DNA of 60,660 bases, counting the filler, from Basidiobolus ranarum (Eukaryota), in NCBI GenBank assembly GCA_040143965.1. It is 7 parts of 7 records of this genome, joined end to end, with 100 filler letters (N's around TTAATTAATTAA, not from the genome) between each part and the next. Parts side by side here need not be neighbours in the genome. Positions count along the whole stretch, not along the records: positions 8,712 to 17,303 come from JASJQH010000951.1; positions 17,404 to 25,991 come from JASJQH010000952.1; 5 more parts are not named here. One strand, 5' to 3'. Shown in pieces: positions 12,888 through 23,514 of the stretch. Positions within the stretch are counted from its first letter, which is position 1. Every line of letters begins with the position of its first letter. The notes below the pieces were generated by a model that saw only the letters and a program-made list of their open reading frames with translations, made no database searches and was not told the origin of the DNA. Position numbers and translations under genes: made by a program.

Positions 12888-12977
12888 AGTGCCTTAATGA
12901 TGATTCAAAACTCAGACCTGTTCCAAGTAAGCAAATGCGGACAAACAAGTTATTGCCTAATGTTTCTGAAAAGCACT
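12888..12977 (+). ncRNA. Box C/D snoRNA, snR56/U25 type, copy 3 (degenerate D')
   Basis: C box ATGATGA 12897; CAGACCTGTT followed by CCAA; D CTGA 12966; terminal stem AGTGC/GCACT. Confidence 0.82.
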
Positions 12978-13110
12978 TTATTTAATTGCAAATACATTAG
13001 AGTCTATTCTAACTGTTTATTAGTAATTTCAGACATGTTATGAAAAGTCCTTGTATAATAATAGCACCGCAACGATGAGCACAATGTAAGTTGAAATTTA
13101 TGTTTATAGT

Positions 13111-13198
13111 TAACTATTGAAGTGATGATACAAATCTCAGACCTGTTCTGAATACACATGTGGACAACATATATTGCCAAATACCTGATTAATAGTTA
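13111..13198 (+). ncRNA. Box C/D snoRNA, snR56/U25 type, copy 4
   Basis: C box GTGATGA 13122; CAGACCTGTT followed by D' CTGA 13148; D CTGA 13185; terminal stem TAACTATT/AATAGTTA. Confidence 0.88.
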
Positions 13199-13366
13199 TA
13201 CCCTAATCTATGAATATTCTTCGTGGCAACGTACTAATATATTTCATTTCTAACAGGGATATCGAAATATGCTCCGATTCTGTATAAAATGATCCAAATA
13301 AAATATTATAATTCTACATTTTGTTCTTTTTAATTTATTCTGAAAAATCAATACAATTATATAATG

Positions 13367-14462
13367 TTACGAGGTTAGTATTTGTGGGTTCGGGGAGTAG
13401 TAGCCAGCGGCTAATTGAAATATTAATAAATTTCTGGCTTGTAATGCATTTAGTTCTTCATAACCATTTTCAAAGATAAAATTTCTTCCTGTATACCTAG
13501 CCTTGCTTTCCCGATAATATTGATCATCAAAATTATGACCTGAAAAGCATCTTGAGACAATGACAATGGGTATTTGGTTGGTCCATGTTGGAGAGAGTTT
13601 CTCGATGAGTGAATCTGAAATGGAGCCAGTGCTTGGCGTTGCTAAAATTAATCCATCCACGTTTTCTAAAAGTTGTTCGGGTATAAAGGTAGACATCGTT
13701 ACGGTCCATATGACAACGCGCTTCTTGGACAATGCCTCTTGATTCACATGAAGAAACGAGGGATCATGAATCGAAGGGAGCAGGTAAGATATAGAATGGT
13801 GATAACGAGGAGTTCCTCGGTGTATTTGTCCTACAGGTCCGGTGGGCACCGACTTGAAGGAGACCTGGGAATCGCCTTTGGTAATATACAGAGCAGAATG
13901 AATATCATTATTGATACAGACCAACACACCTGTAGCTTTAGACCACTTCTCCAAAGCAATCTGGAAAAGGACAAAGATACCAGTCGTCAGTGAATATTAG
14001 CATTAGTTTAAAAAAACTCCATTCTAGAAAGTATACCTGAATGGCCCCTTTGATAGTGGAAAAGCCTTCATATCCTAAAATATCAGCTGGTTTCATCGAA
14101 CCAGTGATAACCAAGGATACTTTCTTTTCAACTAACCAATTTCTTAGATATAAGTCCAGACAAAAAGCAGCCTCTTCTATAATATCAGTTCCTACAACCA
14201 AGACAACCGAATAGATATTTGATGATTGTGAATTTTCAAGAATAGCATCTTTAACTTTGGAAATGGTTTCAAAGGTGAGCTCCGTTCCACTTGAACATCC
14301 TAAATCAACTACTATCGGATTTATACAACCTCTTATACGAGAGCTTAAGGATATCAAAAGCTCTAAGGTGTTTACAGATAAGTGCATCTCCCCATTCCCA
14401 GTGGTGTTTTGTCGGATGGCCTCACCAGTAACTATGACTAGTAGGTTTGAAGGGTCAGTCAT
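13367..14462 (-). CDS. Bacterial-type L-asparaginase/glutaminase-like protein, two exons
   Basis: Motifs VIVTGEAI, VVGTDIIEEAAFCL, VITGSMKP, GVLVCINNDIHSA..TK, PIVIVSRC and LNALQARNLL; intron CAG/GTATAC...TTCCAG joins the two ORFs in frame. Confidence 0.8.
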
Positions 14463-16939
14463 ATTCTAAAGGAAAAGTGTTGGATTAATTAGAACCTGCG
14501 TACCACTATCAGATATGCGTTGCCATAGCATTTGAATTTAATTATCAGGAATATTAATTTATTGAGATTTTATCTACCCAATCTCTCGGAATATACATAA
14601 ATAAAAATATTGCCTTTAACTACTTCCGCATTCAATAAGTATCTGTATAGTTGGTTGCTTGGAAGTAGAAATAGTATAATATGTAAGCATCACCTGATAA
14701 TGTAGAATGCTTTTGCCCGAATATTGAAATCATTTAACCTTAACAAAGCCGGACTAATCATGAGATCCATATTCAGCCTGCTTTCTTGGTTATCGGTATT
14801 CTAATTATGATTCTGATTGTTCTTGACAAGAATTCGAAATAGGAACATTCCCTGTGTTTCAGTGTGTTTCGGATATATCAGGTTCCCTCCTCAGATACAT
14901 CACTTGAGTTTTCCATCTGTCTTAATTAGCGTATAATCCTAGATAGTCAATCTCTATAGAATCTAACACCCTAAAAATGACCAAGTCATGTCCCATTGGC
15001 CTATATTTATAGAATTGAAAAGAGTCGATGATTTATCGATGTTTAGGATAATATTCAAGACGGATAATTCCTTTTCTCAAATATCCGTAAATTTAACTTG
15101 GCAAAACCCCTTGCTACCAATTTAAGATGACAGATAACGTTCAGTTACTTCCATACACAACCATGTGATGAGATGAGAGGCGACTTTCTAACCCTTGGAT
15201 CAGAACATAGTTACCGAGGAATCATCGCCAGTACTCGATTTTAGATAGCCAGATAGCAACACTGGTCAAATTGATCTTGAAACAAGCACAGCAACGTCAA
15301 TATCATACCAAATGAACGAAACCCCACAGAGTCGGTTTTAATTCTTGAGATATGGTAATCGTATGTAACACTCAGACTAAAGTGCCGGTGTACCTGCCTC
15401 GATGTTCACATTCCGAAGCATCTTCACATATACCCCTGGTCTAGATGATGTTCCACAACATTTGAAATAGCCTAATACTGATTAGTGAAGAAAGGTGCAT
15501 TGCAGTATATTAAAGTTTAAGAAAGTAACAATCGTACGAGTTTCGTTGACAAAGTTGATGCTAGAGCAAGTATCCATTAAACGAACATTACCTCCACCAG
15601 TACCATTCCTATCCAACGATCAAATACATTCTTGATCTTCTGCAATGTAGTATGCACTTTACTCGATTCATCTCGCATCAGCAACATACAAGAATTGCCT
15701 TGCAAATGAAAAAAACTATTGAACCGTCTCTCACCCTCACCCACCACCAATATGTGAGGATATCCAACGATCTTCATACGCAAGGGCAAACGGGGGGGGT
15801 TAAGGGCGTCTATTGCTTATTTAAGGAAGGCCAATTAACGTTCATCATAGCGGTTGATTTCGAAGAATCAATCAGAGCACTGTAAAGACACAACCTATCA
15901 TTTCCTTTTCTTCCGATATTATCCGTTTCAGGTAAAGTAATATGTTTCTTGGTTCTGATCAACAGGATGGTGCCACGAACTAATTAAATATGGCCAGTTC
16001 AACAACCACACTGTCATATACCTATTTATGGCCCTAGTTTCGCTCATAATGACCCGTTCCCACGTTGATTTATTTACAAGCTTTTGCTTTGACCAATAAG
16101 GTATACCTAGGGAAATGAATTCCACCCTGTCGTTACTTGTTCGGTTTAACAAACAGAGGAGATCATGTGAGGGAGGAAAGTATCGATGACAAAAATAGTG
16201 AAGGAAGCTAAATCCGTCAAGTAGAACACTCTAACTAAGATATCGTTTACATGCCCCAAACCTCTACCATTTCCAAGTCAGTTTAGGGAATTTTACTAAT
16301 TTGTAGAATTATACCATTTCGCGCATTTCTATGCAAACATCGAATATTTCTACCGTTGATTTGATGTGGATTTAACATGGAATTCCATCGATGCCCAGAA
16401 TTGTACAATCAAATCAAAGAACCAATAGCGATATCATGGTAATCTAGTGGCCAATGGTGCTGGTGGAATTTACACAAATGTGCTATGTTGGGTCTATCGA
16501 AATCTGCTTGGTAGCACACTTTGGCTTAACTCTGAATCATGTACTTCGACGATCTTTGCTTCATTCTTGAGGTGAGTTGGAGAATTCCATGACTAATCGA
16601 TATTTGTTATCATCATGATCGTTCCTCAACATATTTACAAATGGGACGAAACGGAGCGTGAAACTGCGGATTTAAGGAATTCCCATTCCCACATCCGTTA
16701 CCATATGAAGTAAGAGTAATTTAAGTTGTCCCACATTGTACCAAGGTAATGGTGAAGAATGAATTGGTCGTTTCTATTGGATTAAAAAACCATGGTCAGA
16801 ATCACAAATGTTACATATTAAAACAGAAAGATACAAAAAGGGTTCACATGCATGAACGTGTGTACATAAGAAGTGTAAAATAAAGCCTAGTATTCTTCTT
16901 CAAGAAGGTATTATAAAATTCATTAAAATGGGTTTCCCA

Positions 16940-17303
16940 TTAGGAGGTTTGCTTAATGGTGTTCACAAAGGGGAACCGATTCGCATCACCATTATAACGC
17001 GGTTGTAAATGTTCTCCATTTGCCTGATGCACTTGATCAATGTAGCCCTCGGTCTCACTTTCCGGCGGGCTGAGTGTCCCAAAAATTAACCCTAGCGATT
17101 CCTGCCCCATGGGTACTGGCGTAGGGATTCCGTTGGCGGCGATCGGTTTCGTCTGATGTTCTAAACGTTGGTTGTAGGGATCAACATATCCCGAGTGCGA
17201 GTTAGAATCGTAACGTAAAACTTTCGGACGTTTATTGACAGGTGACATGTCATGCTGTATTTGAGTCATGGATGGTGAGGGAAGAGAGCATGGTGAGAGC
17301 GTG
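16940..17303 (-). CDS. C-terminal Ser/Pro-rich part of an unknown protein, cut by the contig end
   Basis: Frame is open from the gap to the stop at 16940; CpG-normal, coding-like composition; basic patch NKRPK. Confidence 0.45.
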
Positions 17304-17403
17304 NNNNNNNNNNNNNNNNNNNNNNNNNNNNNNNNNNNNNNNNNNNNTTAATTAATTAANNNNNNNNNNNNNNNNNNNNNNNNNNNNNNNNNNNNNNNNN
17401 NNN

Positions 17404-17720
17404 GGTGCTTTTCATCCCCCCTAAACCTAAACCAAAACCCTAACCCCGAACCCTAACCCAAAATTCCCATTATTCCAGGTTTTTGTCCTATTGTCCATCT
17501 GGTTTGTACTGAGTACCTTCCTTTCTGCTTACCACCTTTGCCCCTTATCACTATATTTACATCATCTGAACTTGATTACATTGGTCATCAAGTTAAGTAT
17601 GGATATGATCCAGTATTGTCACAATATCTCAAAAGATTGATATCTTGATTGTCACTTTATTTAGATTAGTATTTAAGCTAAATAAAGTCCACACCATCTG
17701 GTGCTTTTCATCCCCCCTAA
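17404..17720. repeat. Degenerate (CCCTAA)n tract inside a segment bracketed by a 21-bp direct repeat
   Basis: GGTGCTTTTCATCCCCCCTAA at 17404-17424 and 17700-17720; CCCTAA-like hexamers at 17419-17462. Confidence 0.7.
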
Positions 17721-19191
17721 GTATTGTTCTTAGAAACAATAGCAAGAATGGCATTTTCAAGGTAAACATTCTAACACTGAGCTAGTTAGTGAGTGAATAA
17801 TGTGTGACTCTGAGGATTCTTTAAGTGGTTCAGTTAATGATCGCGTTGGTGAGAACATTCTTTTCGCTTCTCATCATCTTGCCATTGTATCAGAAATGCA
17901 AAGACTGGATAGCCAAAATCGATTATAATAAGTTATTTGTTTATGTAAATATTTATTTCTGAAGGCATCCACTAGTTCCAAGTCCAGAAACCCATTTTTC
18001 CTCTAAAACTTCCAAGTAACTTTCTTACTACACGACCTCATGATCTGTAGCTATTACTACACATTTACAGTGCGAGAATATCGGTTTTGACGTATCATAT
18101 TATTTCGCCGAATCAATTACCTCTTGTTATAACGAATTTCAACAGGGGCCAAGAGTATTGAATTGAATCAACCACATTCTTTCCATTCTACACACTAATT
18201 TCCATCCAATCCGGGATGCATCAAGTCAACAAACGAGCCAAGAATCTGTGAGACCAGAGTGGACGAGAAACATCAATTAAATGTCACATACGCCTTGAAA
18301 TTGCTCTAATAGGACAAGAATGGATTCTGGTATATTTCTCGGGTGGCATAATATGTTCCATCAAATCCCTGCCTAGGCCTGTGCTGAAACATCACTGAAT
18401 GCATAAAAGCCTAACCCTATGACTTCATACGAAGTAGATTCTTACTCCCAAAATAGGCAAACTGATTCAAATTATTGAGCTAAATCTGAAACAAGCCCAC
18501 TGATGCTTTTTTTGCAACGAGGGCACGTCTGTAGTAGCATTCAGTATTGGGTATGGAAACAATGACAACCCAAATCCCTGATAAGAAATAGATTTACAAA
18601 TATTACAGCCAATCGTTTCTAGGAAATTAAGCTGGCCGACACTCGTGACCGCATGTATCCAATGCTTCGGGGAATAGGGATGTCTATTATTGAGTGCCAG
18701 GTTCTTACTCATCAATAAGCTTGTCACTACGGAGAAGAATTGCTGTTTCGCCCCATATTGCTCCAATTGGGGTTTACAAACTATCTCCAGAAGCCAATCA
18801 GAAAATGCCATTGGAAAATAGCCTTGAGTTGGTTCTAACATTAGGATATTTTCTTGGCTCCACTTCCAATTATACCTCTTGGTATTGTTTGTAGCCTTTT
18901 ATTAGTATTCTTGGGCATCGGAGCGGTCTTTTCATATACATCAGGCTTGACTCATCAGATGATTGGTGCATTCTTAGTGACAAGGTTCTCCTGAATACGC
19001 GACGTTAGATCGAAGCTCTTATAAAATACCGAGCAGAACAATGATCTCAGTCTTGTTTAACTGGTAAAATCTTCTACAGTCTTCATACCTTTTAGTGTTG
19101 GCGTTTTAATTGCGTAATTATCCTTCTGGCTATATCAAATTGGATCATACTCGATTAGCAAAGTATCTGACTAGCTTTGATTTATTGACTA

Positions 19192-19833
19192 ATGGCTCTG
19201 GTATCGAAATCCCCTATATCAATGTTCCAGCTTGCATTCCTGTCCCGGATCTATATTTGGAGGGACAGAGCTGGTGGCAGAGGAATAAGTCCGCCTGCTT
19301 CTCTAAGCTCATGTTCGCAGCTTCTTACTCCTGAGCATTTCAACCTTACATTGACCGAGGCGAAGCAGGTAGGTGGATGTCAAGCTAGTTTTCTCCAAAT
19401 TTGAGATTTCTCATATTTTCTTACTCAATAGATGTCGCTTCATCCAAATTCCAGGACTAGTGATCAAATACCTTTATCTCGTACCGTAGTGAATTGTGGC
19501 AATAACATAACGCCACTATGCAAGGAGAATCTTTATGCTAACACTCAACAGAACATTCGCGGATATAATGCAACCTCGAGGAAACGGCATTGGGATTCAT
19601 ACCTGTCCCCTCATCGATCACATCTGCCAACCGTTAAGAGAGTTACTCCATCACACAATGAATCCATGAATTTGAACCTACCCGGTTTGGTCGAATCAAA
19701 TCAATCTTTCACCTCCGACTCAGAAGCCAGTCTAGATTCCATGAGTGACCGGGAATTTGATTTTAATATATCTAGACATGTACATATTCTTGATGTAGCT
19801 AAAACATTGATAGAACTAAAGAATTCCGTGTAA
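19192..19833 (+). CDS. Hypothetical two-exon low-complexity protein
   Basis: Phase-0 intron 19369-19431 (CAG/GTAGGT...CAATAG) joins two ORFs; TATAAAA near 19020; amphipathic C-terminus DVAKTLIELK. Confidence 0.45.
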
Positions 19834-20535
19834 AATCCATGTAATAACTGACTGTAACTAATGAATGACAATATAAATGATCGTCAAGCCTTGGAATATA
19901 TAAATAAATCTCAATAGTTGTGACTTACACAGCACCCTACATATTATTTGTATTTTTGTCGTTTCAGGCCAGGAAGGTATCACATAATCTTAGACCTGAT
20001 CAACGGCCCTTTAATGTGTTACGATTCCTTGTGGACAGAATATAGTCACTTCATTTGAGACGGCACTACTAAATAATCCATCATGTAGGTTATAGGCACA
20101 TATATTATCAAGTGCAGTGCTAATATGTTTGACGGCTCTTCTATGATAGCGCAGCAGGTCCACCCACAACAGAACCAAATAGTAAGATTAAGATGCATTT
20201 GGTATCTATATTCAAATTGGGTCACTTCTTTTGTGTTGTCTATTCTGCAGGCCCCACCTTCCTCTTTACCTGTTCTTTCAACGAGAAAGAAATCCTAGTC
20301 GTAGACATGCTTAAACTTTGGGATGAAAATTTGAAACTCAAAATGGCGGATAAATTTGGCTTTATTGAAGAACACTAGCAAAACTGAGAACAAACAGAAG
20401 GATTCCTCTTTTTAATAGTCAATCGTTTTATAATAAAAAGAAATGCGTGAATACCCTTGAATCTTAAAAGAAATGGGTATTTATGGCCAAGAACATAGTA
20501 GGCAGCAAGAATACAATAGATCCTAAGGTATCGAT

Positions 20536-20898
20536 CTATTTTTTACAAAGCGCGCCAATTCTACCAGCACATGCCCCAGGGGGGTGATCTACTTTTCCAT
20601 TTGGAAAGATCGCCAAGCAACTATAGGGATATTCATTTCGATCAATAATATCTACATAAACAGGTCCTTGGATTTTGCTGACGAACAAGGAGGTTTGGCT
20701 CTGCTCGATGGAGGCCAATACGCCACCACAATCCTTGCATGCTTCTACCGCCTTGGGATAGCTTCTTGTTTGAACCACTTCGAAGTATTCACCAATAGGA
20801 GTTGAAATGGATCCGGATGGACAAGGAAATTGCTCCTTTGCGGAGATATATCCAAAGGATAAGCAAGAAAGTAGAAAGATGCCAGTGAAAGATCTCAT
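20536..20898 (-). CDS. Small secreted cysteine-rich C-type-lectin-like protein
   Basis: Hydrophobic signal peptide; SYPKAVEACKDCGGVLASI matches the CTLD helix-1 pattern; C-terminal CLAI...C......LC. Confidence 0.65.
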   Translation of the reverse strand: MRSFTGIFLLSCLSFGYISAKEQFPCPSGSISTPIGEYFEVVQTRSYPKAVEACKDCGGVLASIEQSQTSLFVSKIQGPVYVDIIDRNEYPYSCLAIFPNGKVDHPPGACAGRIGALCKK

Positions 20899-22990
20899 AG
20901 CTTCAAGTATAGGATTTTGATATACTGGATACTCTTATATCATCTCTCTTTTATAGAAACTTAGCATCCCGTCGAACTAGCTAAATGACGTAACATCTAC
21001 GCCATATCCTTCCATTGCTTCTAAACACTATGAGTAACCGAACAAGTGCCAAGTATATGAAATCCACGACGTAAGTATTAAATTTGGCTACCAAGTCGAA
21101 ATTACAGGTACTACTTGATCTGCGAGAATAAGCTTAAAATCACCAGTACACACTACCACCAACTGGACTGGTCAATGCCTCTAAGGAAGATCATACATAT
21201 GTATAATATGAAACATGATATCCTTTCCTAAATGGTATGGCTAAAAATAGACATTTCTGATTCAAAGGAGTCTCAACACTGTATACCAGGAATGGAGGCT
21301 TGCATGAGAATGAATAAGAGGTATATTCGCAGGACCTCAGTTACTTAATACAAGGAAGGATACTGTGATCTTATATACACATCCTAGCGCTGAACGACTA
21401 CTATGGCTTTGTAAAGACGATGACTGAAACTCCTAGAGAACTTAAGCCTGCACTCAATCAAGAATATATGACAAATACTGACCAGAAGGTATGCACGCAT
21501 GTTCTTGCAGGTCTTTCAATATATTCTGCTGTACGTAGAATTAAACTTGCTCGCACAATCACCAATAAAAATCCCCATATAACAAATAACGGATAACTAC
21601 ATCTAACGCATCTGTGTAACTTCGATAGAACCCTGGTTGAAATCTCGAGAGTTTGGTCCGTTGAGCAATAGGAAAACGTAATTAGAACATTAACTGGTGA
21701 TCAAATATATATATAGAAAATTAGCTTGGCTTGCATTCACAAATGAGTGTGGTACTTCAAATTCGTTGATTCTGCTTCAACTTTGAGATTTCTCAACTAA
21801 CACTCACAGGCACTGTCATTAGTTAACCTAAATCAGGAGCAGTTGATTATACTACAGTGTAACATTGCGGACGATGTGCTGCTTGGTGAATGAAACTATT
21901 ACTATAAGCAAGGTGACATATACATTCGTCAGCCTCAAATAGAAATAAGAATCACCATCAACACCACAACCAGAGTACCTACCGGAAATGCTAGGCATTC
22001 TTTACACTTCAATGTTATATTATATTCAAGTTTAATGAGTTAGGTATTATTATTGTAGCAATCAAAAGTGTTTGTTTTAATCATTCTGGAACTGTGGTTT
22101 GGTTTTAATATATAAGGGGACACAGAAATCTTCACTGACACCTTAAGTATGTTATAAATACAAAGAAAAGCACATTGGTTAATTATTGGTTTGAAGTTGT
22201 GAATGCATGAACGAAATTAGCAACTATATTTAAACAATTCCAATTGGCCATCGAGTAACTGATCCTCTGAATCTCGATGTTTTTGATACCGAAATCAAAT
22301 TATTATTAATCATATCTACTCAGATAACTACACTTATCGTTGATAACAAGATCAAGGATCTATTGGTATTGGAGCCAAATTGGGACAAAACGATGTATAT
22401 AGCCGTTCCTATATGCTGTTACCTAGCACCACCTCCACGGGGTAACTCTACATTGAACCTGACTGGTGTTCACACAAAGCAACCGGCAACCATTTCTCCA
22501 ACACCCGACTCAATGAACCCTGAACAAGCATCCACCCTATTCCGTATAACACAGCGCTGGTAGTTCAAATATCAATCAAATTCACACTATGTAGAGCACT
22601 GGTGCGCACCTTATTAATGGATGAGTACGATTTCGATATTGGTTCGTGTAGATTTTCATATGTAACAGCACCGCCTCTGAATTTCGAAATCTTTTTTTGG
22701 CTTTTTTCTTTTGAGCGACTCTAGATCTCGTATCATTGGTCCAAGCCCCTCCCACGGATCTCTTATTGATTAATCTCCACTTGATAAAGTGTTATCAATG
22801 AGATAAAGATGTTATCATCAATCAATGAAATCATCTATTCAGTACTAAACAGGTTTCGGCACCTGGAAAGCGCTGGAAGAAACCTAAATCCATTAGTGCT
22901 ACTGGAAAAGCCATTCGATTGTACGCGCTCGTAAACTCCACAATAGGAACATTGGGTTACTACCCAAGTTGACAATCGCGTGGATAGCAC

Positions 22991-23503
22991 TGACTCATCC
23001 GTCCGAGATATCCAATTAAAATTAACCATGATGGCTAGTAACCACGCGAACAGATTTATGATTGGGTTCACATTGCCAGTTGTGATGGCCAGGGGCTCTT
23101 ACTGCATTAACTACGCTCTAGCTTTTCAATATAGTGCACTTATGAAGCTCAAAGAAGCCACTGAGCATAGTAGAGATTGCACTCAATTCTTGACAAAGTT
23201 TGTTGCTTTTACAGAGAGCTCAATTAACACTGCCCGCTTGAAACTCAACCTTCATCAAGTGATTTGATGGGTCAATGAAAGTTGATTTGATGTCTATTTG
23301 TGAGATTTAAGAGGAGTCTTGTTGACTCAAATTTTAGATTCTCACTTATTGGGGTGGACTAATATGTTCTTTTCGGTACCGCAGTTTCGTATTTGGTATG
23401 TTCAAAAATTGATACCCTGATCCGAGTCACTCGGTCTCGACTATATATTCTTCACCTGTTATACAGTCTTCGTTATCCCATCCTTCCTCATCTACTTGAG
23501 TCA
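22991..23503. promoter_or_regulatory. Cluster of TGACTC(A) motifs upstream of SHMT
   Basis: TGACTCA at 22991 and 23323, GAGTCA at 23424 (inside inverted repeat CCGAGTcACTCGG), TGAGTCA at 23497. Confidence 0.4.
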
Positions 23504-23514
23504 GCACCTTCACA

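Larger units (their letters stand above)
12345..13320 (+). ncRNA. Spliced non-coding snoRNA host gene with four introns (12417-12592, 12639-12808, 12867-13023, 13086-13256); ends approximate
   Basis: Each intron has a GT donor (GTATTT, GTAAGT, GTAAAT, GTAAGT), a CTRAY branch point and an AG acceptor; internal exons are 46-62 nt; the spliced ORF from ATG 12361 is only ~35 codons; AATAAA near 13298. Confidence 0.75.

Noticed and set aside
13027-13045. TTTCAGACATGTTATGA as a fifth snoRNA copy
   Set aside because: No C box, mismatched guide, and it lies at an exon or acceptor position; chance similarity or an unrecoverable relic
12462-13188. Regularly spaced TCAGACCTGTTC repeats as a CRISPR-like array
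   Set aside because: Eukaryotic context, ~220-bp period, and C/D boxes with splice signals explain them as intronic snoRNAs
15577-15885. Possible degenerate C2H2 zinc finger (CSMHFTR..HQQHTR)
   Set aside because: Cys/His spacing is incomplete and there is no supporting gene structure
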